IMG/VR virus record: IMGVR_UViG_3300033066_002255
Length of the DNA stretch: 64,000 bases
Source of the DNA: a virus
Taxonomy: Duplodnaviria > Caudoviricetes
Strand: one strand, 5' to 3'
Shown: positions 46,266 to 56,150 of the stretch, one piece after another
Layout: the number at the start of each line of letters is the position of its first letter
Numbering within the stretch: the stretch's first letter is position 1
Translations under genes and position numbers: made by a program
The notes under the pieces: generated by a model
What the model was told of the DNA's origin: nothing
Database searches by the model: none
Seen by the model: the letters and a program-made list of their open reading frames with translations, nothing else

Positions 46266-48536
46266 ATGGCAGAGATTAACAAACCAGATAGTATATTTCA
46301 AGGTGTAATAGACGCAATTGCTGGAGGAAAAAGAAGGACTCCAGAAGCTTCAAATCCGAATAGTTTTCAAGGAAACTTTCAATCTAAAGGCTCAGGTTTA
46401 ATTACTGGAGCTGGAAATGCTATTGAAGAAATGCAGCAACAATATTTAGATTGGCAAGTTAATAAAATTTCACATAATTTATATCAAAGAACATTATATT
46501 TTGACACAGATAGAATAGGCGCATATCAAGATTTTAGAGCAATGGATATGTCTCCAGAAATATCTGCGGCATTAAATATAATTAGAGATGAATGTCTTAC
46601 AAGAAATGAAAAAGGTAATATTTTAGAAGTATATTCTGAAAATTCAAGAGTAAAAGAAGTTATTAAAGATTTAACAAAAAGACTTAATCTTGAATTTAAT
46701 TTAAAATTATGGATTAGAGATTTAATTAAATATGGTGATTACTTTGTTCATTTACACATTGATAAAGAAGAAGGTATTTACAATTTTAGAACTCTTCCTC
46801 CAGAAGAAATGCATAGAGAAGATGGTTATGAAAATAAACCAGATGCAGTTAGATTTAGATGGGAAACTGGAAATGAATATTTTGATGAATGGCAAATAGC
46901 TCATTTTAGATTAATTGAAGATACTAAAAAAATACCTTATGGACGTTCTATACTTGACCCAGCAAGAAAACTTTGGAAACAATTGCAGTTAGCAGAAGAT
47001 TCAATGTTGGTTTATCGTATTACAAGAGCTCCAGAAAGAAGAGTTTTTTATATTGAAATTGGTAATCTTGAAGAAGCAGATATTAAACAGTACGTTGGAA
47101 AAATACAAAATCAAATTAAGAAACAGCCAATTGCTGACCAAAAAAATGGTAATCTAAATTTTAAATATAATCCAATGAATATTACTGAAGATTTCTTCAT
47201 TCCTATTCGTGGCGATAAATCTTCGAGAATTGATACATTACCTGGAGCATCTAACTTAGGAGATATTCAAGATATTGAATATTTACAAAATAAATTATTT
47301 GCATCTCTTCAGGTTCCAAAAGCATATTTAAATTATGCTGAAAGTTTACCAGGCGGTTCTACATTATCTCAAGCAGATTTAAGATTTGCAAGAACTATTA
47401 ATTCTATTCAAGAAGTAGTATTAATGGAATTAAGAAGGGTTGTTAATATTCATTTATATTTCGCAGGATTTAAAGATGATATTGATAATTTTTCATTAAG
47501 CTTTACAAACCCTTCTACTCAACAAGAATTGTTGAAGTTAGAAACTATGAAAGCAAGACTTGAAGTTGCTAAAGAATACTATTCTCCTGATGCTACATCG
47601 TTTGCATCTTGGACTTGGGTAATGCAAAATATTTTAGGTTTTTCTAATCAAGATATTAAATTAATTCTAAGACAAAAGAAAGTTGAGAAAAAAGTCTTTG
47701 CTGAAATTGATGCTGCAGTTGAGACATATAAGAAAATTGGTTTATTTACTGATTTAGATGCTAAATATGAAATTCCTGGCGCTGTAGCTCAAGGAACCGA
47801 AGGTTCAAGTGATGAAGGAGCTACTTCTGGTGGCGGTGGCGGTGGAGCTACTGGAGGAATGGGTAATATGGACATAGGAAGTCAAATAGGTGGTGGAGCA
47901 GAAGCTGGCGGAGGAGACCTTGGCGGCGGAGCTGGAGAAGTTGGCGGTGGAGCAGAAGCTGGTGGCGGAGCTGGGGCTGAAGTTGGAGCAGAAGCTGGAG
48001 CTGAAGCGGCACCTCTTTCTGAATCTAAACATATTAAATTAAAAAAGGCATTAAAAGAATCAGATAATAGATTTGAAGATTATTTAAAAAATTTATTAGG
48101 AGAAGATGAAGTGGCGAAAATAGACTTTTCACAAGAAAATTCATTGATTCAAAACAATAATAAATTAAACTATAGAACTCAAAAATTAATGGAGAAAATT
48201 CAGAGCAATATAGATAATGGAAATAATTTAGAAACTATCTCTTCAGAAAATTTAATACAAGAATCTTCAAATGATATACCTTTGTTTTCAAATGGAGAAC
48301 GTTTAATAAATGAGACAAATGAAATGATGTCTGTTATTGAAAATATGCTGAAGCTTAAAGAAGATAGTGATGATATTATTGATGAAGAAATAATCAGTGA
48401 AGATGATGCTGATGTAGATGAAACATCTTATGAAAATATAGAAGATTTTGAAAACACTGAGAATAATACTCCAGAAGAAGATTTAAGTCATGAAAACGAC
48501 TCAGGGGAAACCGAAGAAGATACCGATGCAGTCTGA
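46266..48536 (+). CDS. gp20: Portal protein (gp20-like) with long Gly-rich and acidic C-terminal extension
   Basis: YGRSIL..ARK.WKQL.L.ED, YRITRAPERRVFYI, EDFFIP.RG, IDTLPG, L.VPK. Confidence 0.95.
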   Translation: MAEINKPDSIFQGVIDAIAGGKRRTPEASNPNSFQGNFQSKGSGLITGAGNAIEEMQQQYLDWQVNKISHNLYQRTLYFDTDRIGAYQDFRAMDMSPEISAALNIIRDECLTRNEKGNILEVYSENSRVKEVIKDLTKRLNLEFNLKLWIRDLIKYGDYFVHLHIDKEEGIYNFRTLPPEEMHREDGYENKPDAVRFRWETGNEYFDEWQIAHFRLIEDTKKIPYGRSILDPARKLWKQLQLAEDSMLVYRITRAPERRVFYIEIGNLEEADIKQYVGKIQNQIKKQPIADQKNGNLNFKYNPMNITEDFFIPIRGDKSSRIDTLPGASNLGDIQDIEYLQNKLFASLQVPKAYLNYAESLPGGSTLSQADLRFARTINSIQEVVLMELRRVVNIHLYFAGFKDDIDNFSLSFTNPSTQQELLKLETMKARLEVAKEYYSPDATSFASWTWVMQNILGFSNQDIKLILRQKKVEKKVFAEIDAAVETYKKIGLFTDLDAKYEIPGAVAQGTEGSSDEGATSGGGGGGATGGMGNMDIGSQIGGGAEAGGGDLGGGAGEVGGGAEAGGGAGAEVGAEAGAEAAPLSESKHIKLKKALKESDNRFEDYLKNLLGEDEVAKIDFSQENSLIQNNNKLNYRTQKLMEKIQSNIDNGNNLETISSENLIQESSNDIPLFSNGERLINETNEMMSVIENMLKLKEDSDDIIDEEIISEDDADVDETSYENIEDFENTENNTPEEDLSHENDSGETEEDTDAV
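47815..48010 (+). repeat. Gly/Ala-rich tandem repeats in the portal extension
   Basis: GGTGGAGCAGAAGCTGG-type units (GGGAEAGGG). Confidence 0.7.
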
Positions 48537-48768
48537 TGATATTTTTAATATCAATGATACATACGGAATTAAAGATGAATTAAGGGCTATAAAAGAAATT
48601 ATAGCCCTTATAGAAATTGATATTAATAAATTTTTGGCTCCTAAAAAACCTAAGATAAGAGGTGCTAATGCAAGGTTTAAAATTAGTAAATTAAAAAACA
48701 ATTTATTACCAGAATTAGCTAGAAAAATACTGAAAACTAAACAAGATTACGAAAGCGATTATTCATAA
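48526..48768 (+). CDS. Small basic helical protein, histone H1-like (Hc1-like) candidate (start revised to ATG 48526)
   Basis: D..KF.....G..AR..I..LK..L.EL..KI pattern. Confidence 0.5.
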   Translation: MQSDDIFNINDTYGIKDELRAIKEIIALIEIDINKFLAPKKPKIRGANARFKISKLKNNLLPELARKILKTKQDYESDYS

Positions 48769-48769
48769 A

Positions 48770-48801
48770 TTTGCTTTCGTAATCTTTTTTTTCTACATTT
48801 G
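48770..48801 (+). promoter_or_regulatory. Bacteroidota primary-sigma promoter for the dnaE operon
   Basis: TTTG(48770-73)-N20-TACATTTG(48794-801). Confidence 0.78.
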
Positions 48802-48824
48802 CGTTAAATAAACGATTATTTATA

Positions 48825-51800
48825 ATGCAAAAATCATGTGGACATACTGGAGGTTGTAAGTGCCAACACGCACCATTACCAAGTTTAGAGGCAACAAAAG
48901 CCAATGTTGAACAGTATGAAAAAGATAAAGAAGCTTTAAAAAAACAAATAGATTTAATAGAAGATAGACGTAGAAAACCTATGGCACATCTTCATTTGCA
49001 TACTTTCCATTCTATTTTAGATGGAGCTGGAAGTCCTGATAATTATGTAAAGTTGGCTAAAGAATTTGGACATCCTGCTATGGCTATTACAGACCATGGT
49101 ACATTATCTGGTACTTATGATTTTTGGAAAAAATGTAAAGCTGCTGGAGTAAAACCTATTATAGGAATGGAGGCCTATGTAAATAACAAGATGGGTGAGT
49201 TTGAAGAGAAGAAATATGAAGGTGGAAACTCACATCAATCTATTTTTGTTATGAATAATGAAGGTTTTGTAAATCTTAATAGATTAGCATATAGGTCATA
49301 TTCTGAAGGATTTTATGGTAGAGGTCGTATAAAAACAGATTGGTTAATGGAGCATAAGGCGGGATTGTTTATTACTACATCTTGTGCTGTTAGTCATATG
49401 TCAAAACTTGTAAGAGAAGGCAATACGAAAGAGGCTGAGGAATATCTTGTTAGATTAATAAGTGAATTTGGAGATAATTTAGCTGTTGAATTACAATTTA
49501 ATGAATTTGATGGACAGAAAATTTATAATAATTGGCTTATACAAATGTATAAGAAATATAATTTAATGCCTATTTTGACTAATGATGTTCATTATGCTTT
49601 TCCTGAAGAAGCTAAACTTCAAGATACGTTAATTGCTATTAATCAAAAAAAACCTTTAGGTCAAGCCTTTAGACTTGATACAAGAAATTTATTTTATGCA
49701 AATGTTGATGATTTTCATATTTTTAATAAAAAATTTGGATTTAATTATCCAGAGAAATTTATTGATATGTGTCTTGAAAATACTTTGAAGGTTGCTGAAA
49801 AATGTAATTTTGATTTTGATACGACAACTGAAAAGTTTCCTAAATATGAAGCAACACCTGAGGTAATTGATGTTTTTAAAACATCTAATACAAAAGAAAT
49901 AATTACAAAATTATCTGTTAGCAAACTTAAAAAGAAAATAAACGAGTACAAGCAAAATAAATTGGTAGATATGACTCCTGAAAAAGAGCAGGAATATTAT
50001 GACCGATTAAAGTATGAACTTGAAGTTATTGAAGACAAAAAAGCTCTTGACTATTTTTTAGTATATTGGGAAATCATTCGTGATTATAGAATGAAAGGCC
50101 ATACAATTGGTCCTGGTAGAGGTTCTGCTGCAGGTTGTCTTTTATCTTGGTGTCTTGAAATTACAGATATTGACCCAATACGTTTTGATTTATATTTTGA
50201 ACGTTTTATGAATCCTACTCGTAAATCAATGCCAGATATTGATGTGGATTTTGAAAAGGGTACTGATGATATTACTAATGATTTCTTATATAAGAAATAT
50301 GGTAAAGAAAGAGTTTTGAGTGTATGTAATTTCACAACCTTTAATGAAAAAGGTTGTCTTAAAGATGTTGTAAGAGCTCATTTAGGAGAAGAGTATACAG
50401 GCTTTGATTCAGATGTTCATGCAGTTACAAAAGAGATGCCTGAGTCTTTTGATAAGGTAGAATATTCTTTAAAGGATTGGTTCGTTAATTGGCCAGAAGA
50501 CCCTGCTTGTAGTGAAAGAGTTAGAACATGGCTTAAAAGTCCAGTAAATAAAATTATTTTAGAAGAGACTTTAAAATTTCAAGGTCAAATTAGAGGTGTT
50601 GGTCAACACGCTGCTGGTATTGTAATTACTCCAGGTCCTTGTTGGGAGTATGTACCAACAAATATAATTGCTTCTAATAAAAATATTGTAACAGCATTTC
50701 AAGAAGCTGATAAATCAGGTAAAGATTTATCAGAACTTCAAATCTTAAAGTTAGATAGATTAAAAATAGAAACTTTAAATGTTAGAGAAGATGCCATTAG
50801 ACTTATTAAAAAAACTAAAGGTATTGATGTAACTGAACAAGTAAAAAATGTTGACCTTAATGATAAAAATTTATATGCAGAATTAAGACTTGGAATTAAT
50901 CATGGTATTTTTCAATTTGAAAGTTCTGGTATGAATGCGTTAATTCGTGGAATGGGAACAGAAAATTTTGAAGAACTTACTGCAGCAAATGCTTTGTATA
51001 GACCAGGTGCTATGGGTATTAAAGCTCATGAAGAATATATTTATAATAAATTTCATCCAGAAGAAATAAAATATATTCACCCAGCACTTTCTGATATATT
51101 AGGAAAGACAAATGGAGTATTAGTATTCCAAGAGCAATTAATGTTCTTAGCACATAAGATTGGTGGTATGAGTCTTGGCGATGGAGATATGCTTAGACGT
51201 TATATGGATAAGGCAAGTACTGCAATTTTAAAAAAATCTAAAGGTGAAGAGCTCACTAAAAAAGAAGCAGGTAATTATGCTGAATTCGAAAAATATTGGA
51301 ATAAGTTTATTGATGGAGCGGTAAAGAATGGTAATAAAGCAGAAGAGGTAGATGTTATTAAAGATTGGGTAAGTAAGTATGTTGGTTATTCATTTAATCG
51401 TTCTCACTCTTTATGTTATGCTTATCTTGCTATGCAAACATTATTTTTGAAACATTATTATCCTACTGAATTTTATACTGCATTATTAAATCATCCAAAA
51501 AGTTCTGGAGATAAAGAAAAAATTAAAGCTTGGCTTGCAGCTGCTATTGCTGCAGCGATGTCTAAGGGAATTAAAATTTTACCTCCATCTTTAAAATCAG
51601 GATGGGATTGGACAATGACTGGAGACAAAGAAATATCAATGGGGTTTTCAGGTATTAATGGGCTTGGAGAGATTGCATATGCTGAATTACAAGGATTTTT
51701 ACAAACTAAAAATAAAACTCTTGAGCAGTTAAATATGGTAGAGTTCTTTGAATTACCATTTTCAAAATTTAATAAGAGTGCTTTCGAGTCTTGTTTAAAA

Positions 51801-52340
51801 GCAGGAGTATTCGATTCTTGGTCTGATTCAAGAGCATTCTTGGCTTCGTTAAAAGAAAAGAAAAGAAAAAAAGTTATCGCAAATCAAGGATTACTTTTTG
51901 ATATGGCAGGCCCTGAATTTGAAATATCAATGGAAACTGATAAATTCTCTAAAACTACCGAAGAAGATAAAATAAAAGGGTTTTTAGAAGTTTGTAATTT
52001 TGATTTACAAAAGATTCAAAGAATTACAGAAATTAAAACTAAAGTTAATGAGAAAGCAAAAATACCTCTTGATAATTTAGTTAACTTCGAACAAAATGGT
52101 TGGTATTTCTTTATTGTAGAAAGTATTGTTGAGGCTATTTCTCAAAATGGAAAACCTTATTTAACTTTAAAGGTTGGAGATGGTATTGCTCAAACAACAT
52201 TGAGAGTTTTTTCTCCGCTTGCAGAAAAATTAAAACCAGAATTGCAAGTTGGTTCTGTTTATGTATCCAAGTTTGAAAAAAATGAAAAGGGTTTTACAAA
52301 TTTTCAGAGAGGTACACAAATTAAGAAGGTAGATGTATGA
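48825..52340 (+). CDS. dnaE: DNA polymerase III alpha subunit (family C)
   Basis: PHP motifs HLHLHT..S.LDG, AITDHG, TNDVHY; GPGRGSAAG; MPDIDVDF; HAAG; FQFES; YSFNRSH. Confidence 0.97.
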   Translation: MQKSCGHTGGCKCQHAPLPSLEATKANVEQYEKDKEALKKQIDLIEDRRRKPMAHLHLHTFHSILDGAGSPDNYVKLAKEFGHPAMAITDHGTLSGTYDFWKKCKAAGVKPIIGMEAYVNNKMGEFEEKKYEGGNSHQSIFVMNNEGFVNLNRLAYRSYSEGFYGRGRIKTDWLMEHKAGLFITTSCAVSHMSKLVREGNTKEAEEYLVRLISEFGDNLAVELQFNEFDGQKIYNNWLIQMYKKYNLMPILTNDVHYAFPEEAKLQDTLIAINQKKPLGQAFRLDTRNLFYANVDDFHIFNKKFGFNYPEKFIDMCLENTLKVAEKCNFDFDTTTEKFPKYEATPEVIDVFKTSNTKEIITKLSVSKLKKKINEYKQNKLVDMTPEKEQEYYDRLKYELEVIEDKKALDYFLVYWEIIRDYRMKGHTIGPGRGSAAGCLLSWCLEITDIDPIRFDLYFERFMNPTRKSMPDIDVDFEKGTDDITNDFLYKKYGKERVLSVCNFTTFNEKGCLKDVVRAHLGEEYTGFDSDVHAVTKEMPESFDKVEYSLKDWFVNWPEDPACSERVRTWLKSPVNKIILEETLKFQGQIRGVGQHAAGIVITPGPCWEYVPTNIIASNKNIVTAFQEADKSGKDLSELQILKLDRLKIETLNVREDAIRLIKKTKGIDVTEQVKNVDLNDKNLYAELRLGINHGIFQFESSGMNALIRGMGTENFEELTAANALYRPGAMGIKAHEEYIYNKFHPEEIKYIHPALSDILGKTNGVLVFQEQLMFLAHKIGGMSLGDGDMLRRYMDKASTAILKKSKGEELTKKEAGNYAEFEKYWNKFIDGAVKNGNKAEEVDVIKDWVSKYVGYSFNRSHSLCYAYLAMQTLFLKHYYPTEFYTALLNHPKSSGDKEKIKAWLAAAIAAAMSKGIKILPPSLKSGWDWTMTGDKEISMGFSGINGLGEIAYAELQGFLQTKNKTLEQLNMVEFFELPFSKFNKSAFESCLKAGVFDSWSDSRAFLASLKEKKRKKVIANQGLLFDMAGPEFEISMETDKFSKTTEEDKIKGFLEVCNFDLQKIQRITEIKTKVNEKAKIPLDNLVNFEQNGWYFFIVESIVEAISQNGKPYLTLKVGDGIAQTTLRVFSPLAEKLKPELQVGSVYVSKFEKNEKGFTNFQRGTQIKKVDV

Positions 52341-52840
52341 CAGAAAAAGAAATTTTAGAAGGCAATAGGAAGATTGCTGCATTTATGGGTTATATCTATT
52401 TTGAGCCTGGAGTTCTTATTGATTATAGTGATTGTGGAGGAATATATGATTCTGTAAATATATATTCTAAGACTCCTATTCTTGTAAAAGATTATGGTGA
52501 TGGAGAAAAGTATTTTGCAGATGTTCCAAATCCTGATTATAAAAACAATAATAATCCTAAATGGAATTCTAGTTTGGAGACTTTAAATTGGGCAACATTA
52601 AATGAGTATATAACCGAATTAAAATATCATGAATCTTGGGATTGGCTTATGCCTGTTATAAAAAAATGTTGTGATGAGATTAAAGAAACTACAGTTAATA
52701 CTCGTGGTAGTTGGACACCTGAAGATGGCTATGTGAGTAATCTATATACTATGCGTTTAAGTTCTTCAATAGAAGATGTTTGGCTTGAAGTCGTAAAGTA
52801 TGTTATAAAAAATAATAAAAAAAATGAAACTAACAATTGA
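52337..52840 (+). CDS. Hypothetical phage protein
   Basis: N..IA.FMG and LKYHESWDWLMPV motifs; ATGA overlap with dnaE. Confidence 0.7.
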   Translation: MTEKEILEGNRKIAAFMGYIYFEPGVLIDYSDCGGIYDSVNIYSKTPILVKDYGDGEKYFADVPNPDYKNNNNPKWNSSLETLNWATLNEYITELKYHESWDWLMPVIKKCCDEIKETTVNTRGSWTPEDGYVSNLYTMRLSSSIEDVWLEVVKYVIKNNKKNETNN

Positions 52841-53261
52841 ATTAGTCCCAAGTTCATCTTTTTTTAATAATTTGAGAAGTCTTCTTAAAAAAGAAGAGTG
52901 GGATAAAATTAGAAAAGCTTGTTATAAAAAAGCAAATTATAAATGTGAAATTTGCGGCGGCAAAGGTCCTACACATCCAGTAGAATGCCATGAAACTTGG
53001 GATTACGACGAAGAAAAAGGAATCCAAAAACTTATTAATGTTATATCACTATGTCCAAATTGTCATCAAGTTAAACATATAGGATTTGCAAATGTTAACG
53101 GAAAACTTGATGAGGCAATTGCGCATTTTTGTAAGATTAATGAGTGTAAAAAAGAAGAAGCTCAAAAATATATTGAACAAGTATTTGAGCTGTGGGAAAA
53201 GAGAAGTAAAAAGGAATGGGAGTTAGATGTTACATTATTAGAAGAATTAAAAAATGATTAA
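52824..53261 (+). CDS. HNH endonuclease-like protein
   Basis: CEICG...CHETW...LCPNCHQVKH. Confidence 0.8.
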   Translation: MKLTIELVPSSSFFNNLRSLLKKEEWDKIRKACYKKANYKCEICGGKGPTHPVECHETWDYDEEKGIQKLINVISLCPNCHQVKHIGFANVNGKLDEAIAHFCKINECKKEEAQKYIEQVFELWEKRSKKEWELDVTLLEELKND

Positions 53262-53715
53262 TATAGAAATTTATACAGATGGTTCATGCACTCAACAAAC
53301 AGGAGATGGCGGATGGGCTTATTTGATTTTAGAAGATGGAGAGATAAAATTTAAAGCAAATGCTCCAGAAGAAGAAACTACAAATAATAAATGTGAAATG
53401 CTTGGTATAATTAATGCATTAGAGTTTTTAAATACAAGAGTATTTTTTGAAGAAACAACAGTAACTGTATATTCAGATAGTGCTTATATTGTTAATGGAT
53501 TTGTCAAAGATTGGATAACAATGTGGATAAAAAATGGCTGGGTTAATTCAGAAAAAAAACCAGTAGCTAATAAAGAGCTTTGGGAAGATTTAATATATTA
53601 TCAAAAAAAATTAAAAGTTAATTTTGTTAATATAAGAAGAAGGTCTAATCAGTATGCTGAAAAGGTAGATGATATGGCCAATCAAGCTAAGATTACTTTA
53701 AAAGGCCAAAAATAG
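53254..53715 (+). CDS. rnhA: Ribonuclease HI
   Basis: YTDGSC, TTNN.CE, YSDSAY, W..NGW, VANKELW, D..A. Confidence 0.93.
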   Translation: MINIEIYTDGSCTQQTGDGGWAYLILEDGEIKFKANAPEEETTNNKCEMLGIINALEFLNTRVFFEETTVTVYSDSAYIVNGFVKDWITMWIKNGWVNSEKKPVANKELWEDLIYYQKKLKVNFVNIRRRSNQYAEKVDDMANQAKITLKGQK

Positions 53716-54085
53716 TAACAATAGCAGTAACAATAGTGGAAAGAACAGCAATAACTGTCATTGTTGTTGTTTTAAATTTTTTATAATCATCAGTGATAGT
53801 TCTTAATTCTCCAACGATTACATATAAATCTTCTATGTGAGAATCTACATCATAATTTTCTGAATAAAATTCTTTTAGATTCTCAAGGTCTTTTAATGTA
53901 ATTACCTTATCAGTATTATCTTTCCAATCCTTAAGGTTTGATATGACATGTTTAAGACCAGAAATTTTAGACAATTCAATGTTAGTCTTCTGAATTTCCT
54001 CAGCAAGTTTACTTTGATTTTCATGAAGTTTTTCAATCTTATCAATAATAAGGTCTAAAATTCTATCTGTATTTTTTTCTGACAT
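53693..54085 (-). CDS. Coiled-coil protein with C-terminal membrane anchor
   Basis: C-terminal TVIAVLSTIVTAIVTIFGLL. Confidence 0.65.
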   Translation of the reverse strand: MSEKNTDRILDLIIDKIEKLHENQSKLAEEIQKTNIELSKISGLKHVISNLKDWKDNTDKVITLKDLENLKEFYSENYDVDSHIEDLYVIVGELRTITDDYKKFKTTTMTVIAVLSTIVTAIVTIFGLLK

Positions 54086-54092
54086 ATTATAA

Positions 54093-54320
54093 TTATGCTG
54101 CTATAGCATTTTTTTCTGTTAATTTTTTAAGAGCAACTTGACACTCCTCTATAAGAGTTTCAAAGTTTTTATTTATTTGATTTAATCTTTCAGAGATTAA
54201 TTCTACTTTTTTTGTGTTTATTTTAGCAGCAGGTTTTTTGTTAGTGTTTTTTGCTGGTGATACCTCTACTTTTTTCTTATTAGCAGGGGTAATTGAACCC
54301 GCCTTTTTGTTTCTTGCCAT
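54093..54320 (-). CDS. Small basic hypothetical protein
   Basis: TATTTAT on the minus strand at 54336-54342. Confidence 0.6.
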   Translation of the reverse strand: MARNKKAGSITPANKKKVEVSPAKNTNKKPAAKINTKKVELISERLNQINKNFETLIEECQVALKKLTEKNAIAA

Positions 54321-54399
54321 TGCTCTTTTTTTATAATAAATATAAAGTTTTAATGCTTTTTTAAGCTATTTATTATAAAAAGTTAATAAATACATTGGA

Positions 54400-54825
54400 A
54401 TGGCAAGCAAGAGAGCAAAAAATATGATAAAAAAACTAAAGAGAAAGGCAAAAAATCCTCTTGGTTCTGTAAGTGCTAATGCCGCTAAGATGTCAAATAA
54501 AATGACTTGGCCAGAAAAAGAATTTAAAAAATTACTCAAAGAAATTGGTGTAAGTTTCGAAATTCAAAAAGTTGTTGGTAATAAAATTTTTGATTTTTAT
54601 ATACCAGAAAAAAATATGTTAATTGAAGTTGATGGTGATTATTGGCATGCAAATCCTGATACAGTAGAAACTCTAAATAAAATTCAAGAAAGAAATTTAA
54701 GAAATGATAAATTTAAAGAAGGTTTAGCTGCAGGTCTTGGTTATAAATTAGAGAGAGTTTGGGAAAGTGATTTAAAAAATAATTACAAAGTTATTAAAGC
54801 AAATTTTAAAAAAATATTGAAATAA
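54400..54825 (+). CDS. DUF559/Vsr-like PD-(D/E)xK endonuclease
   Basis: T.PE, FDF, IEVDGDYWH, D..K, GY...RVWE. Confidence 0.8.
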   Translation: MASKRAKNMIKKLKRKAKNPLGSVSANAAKMSNKMTWPEKEFKKLLKEIGVSFEIQKVVGNKIFDFYIPEKNMLIEVDGDYWHANPDTVETLNKIQERNLRNDKFKEGLAAGLGYKLERVWESDLKNNYKVIKANFKKILK

Positions 54826-55268
54826 TGAATGTTCGTAAAATTGTAAAAGAAGAATTAAGAAAATTGTTTGAACAAAACGATGAATCTATGTTTGGTAATG
54901 CTTTAACTGATATTGATTCTCAATTGCAAAGTGATTTGTCTAATGTTGATGTGATAATTAAAACTCAACAACAAGATATAAAAAATATGGATACTCAAAT
55001 TAAGGGAGACTTAAATACCAAATCTAAATTAGACGCTCAAAATCCGCATAAAAAAGGTTTAGAAAGAGAAATTCCAGAAAGACAAAAAGACTTTGTAAAT
55101 AGAAAAAAACAACTTAAAGACCTTGAAGATGCAAAAAAAGGGCTAGAAAATGCAAGAATAGAAATACAAAAGCAACAAACAGATATTCAAAAACAATTAC
55201 AACAAAATAAGTCTGGTCAGCCTCAAAAGCCAGAAAGTAATTTGCCTTCCTTAGAATCACCTATTTAA
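54825..55268 (+). CDS. Coiled-coil hypothetical protein (putative internal head protein)
   Basis: MNVRKIVKEELRKLFE N-motif. Confidence 0.65.
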   Translation: MNVRKIVKEELRKLFEQNDESMFGNALTDIDSQLQSDLSNVDVIIKTQQQDIKNMDTQIKGDLNTKSKLDAQNPHKKGLEREIPERQKDFVNRKKQLKDLEDAKKGLENARIEIQKQQTDIQKQLQQNKSGQPQKPESNLPSLESPI

Positions 55269-55325
55269 ATCTTTATTTTACTTTTTTTTAATCCTATATT
55301 TATCTAAAACCAAAAAAAGAAAAAT

Positions 55326-56150
55326 ATGGATTCTAATGAAAAAATTAGCATGGGAGGAGCTAATAAACAACCTTCTAATTCAATTCCTGACCAATTTATA
55401 GATACTGAATTTGTAGTGCCTACAGAAGAAGTAGAACTTCCTTCTGGCGGAGTTTTTTATCCTACAAAAAAACCAACTGTAAAAATAAAGTATTTAACAG
55501 CATCTGAAGATGATATTTTATTTTCTGCTGACCTTATCAAGAGCGGTAAAGTATTAGACGTTTTACTTGAAAATGCAGTTTTAGATAGAGATGTTAGACC
55601 AGATGATATGATTTCTGGAGATAGAAATTATCTATTAATAGAAATTAGAAAAACTGGTTTTGGTAGTGAATATAAGCCAGGTAAAGTTTTTTGTTCTGAA
55701 TGTGGAGAAACACATACTCCAACAGTTAATTTAGACCTTCTTCAAAAAAGAAAGTTAGAAGTTATGCCAGATGAAAAAGGTTGGTATTCTGTAGAATTAC
55801 CTGTTACTAAAATGCCTATCAAATTTAGATTACTTAGAGGTTCAGATGAAAAAAGATTATCTAAAATGATGGATATTGGACAGAAAAAAGGAGGTCTTAA
55901 AGTTTCTAAATTAGTAACAGAGAGATATTTATTACAAATAATGGAAGTAAATGGTAATACTGATAAATTATATATTTCTAAGTTTATTGGGGCTATGCCA
56001 ACAAAAGATTCTTTATTTTTTAGAGAATATAATAGACAAATAGAGCCAGGAATTGATTTAGATTATGATTTTGAATGTCCACATTGCGGAAATGTAGATA
56101 GACAGGCAGTTCCTATTAATTCTAAGTTATTTTATCCTGATAGTGAATAA
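55326..56150 (+). CDS. T4 gp26-like baseplate hub assembly / tail chaperone protein
   Basis: VELPSGG.FY, LT..EDDIL, GDRN..L..IR..GFG, two CxxC, VELP, PGID. Confidence 0.8.
   Translation: MDSNEKISMGGANKQPSNSIPDQFIDTEFVVPTEEVELPSGGVFYPTKKPTVKIKYLTASEDDILFSADLIKSGKVLDVLLENAVLDRDVRPDDMISGDRNYLLIEIRKTGFGSEYKPGKVFCSECGETHTPTVNLDLLQKRKLEVMPDEKGWYSVELPVTKMPIKFRLLRGSDEKRLSKMMDIGQKKGGLKVSKLVTERYLLQIMEVNGNTDKLYISKFIGAMPTKDSLFFREYNRQIEPGIDLDYDFECPHCGNVDRQAVPINSKLFYPDSE

Noticed and set aside
44485-52340. Inteins or group I introns in terminase, portal or dnaE
   Set aside because: Lengths are normal, ORFs are uninterrupted, and no C/S...HN splice junctions or LAGLIDADG blocks were seen.
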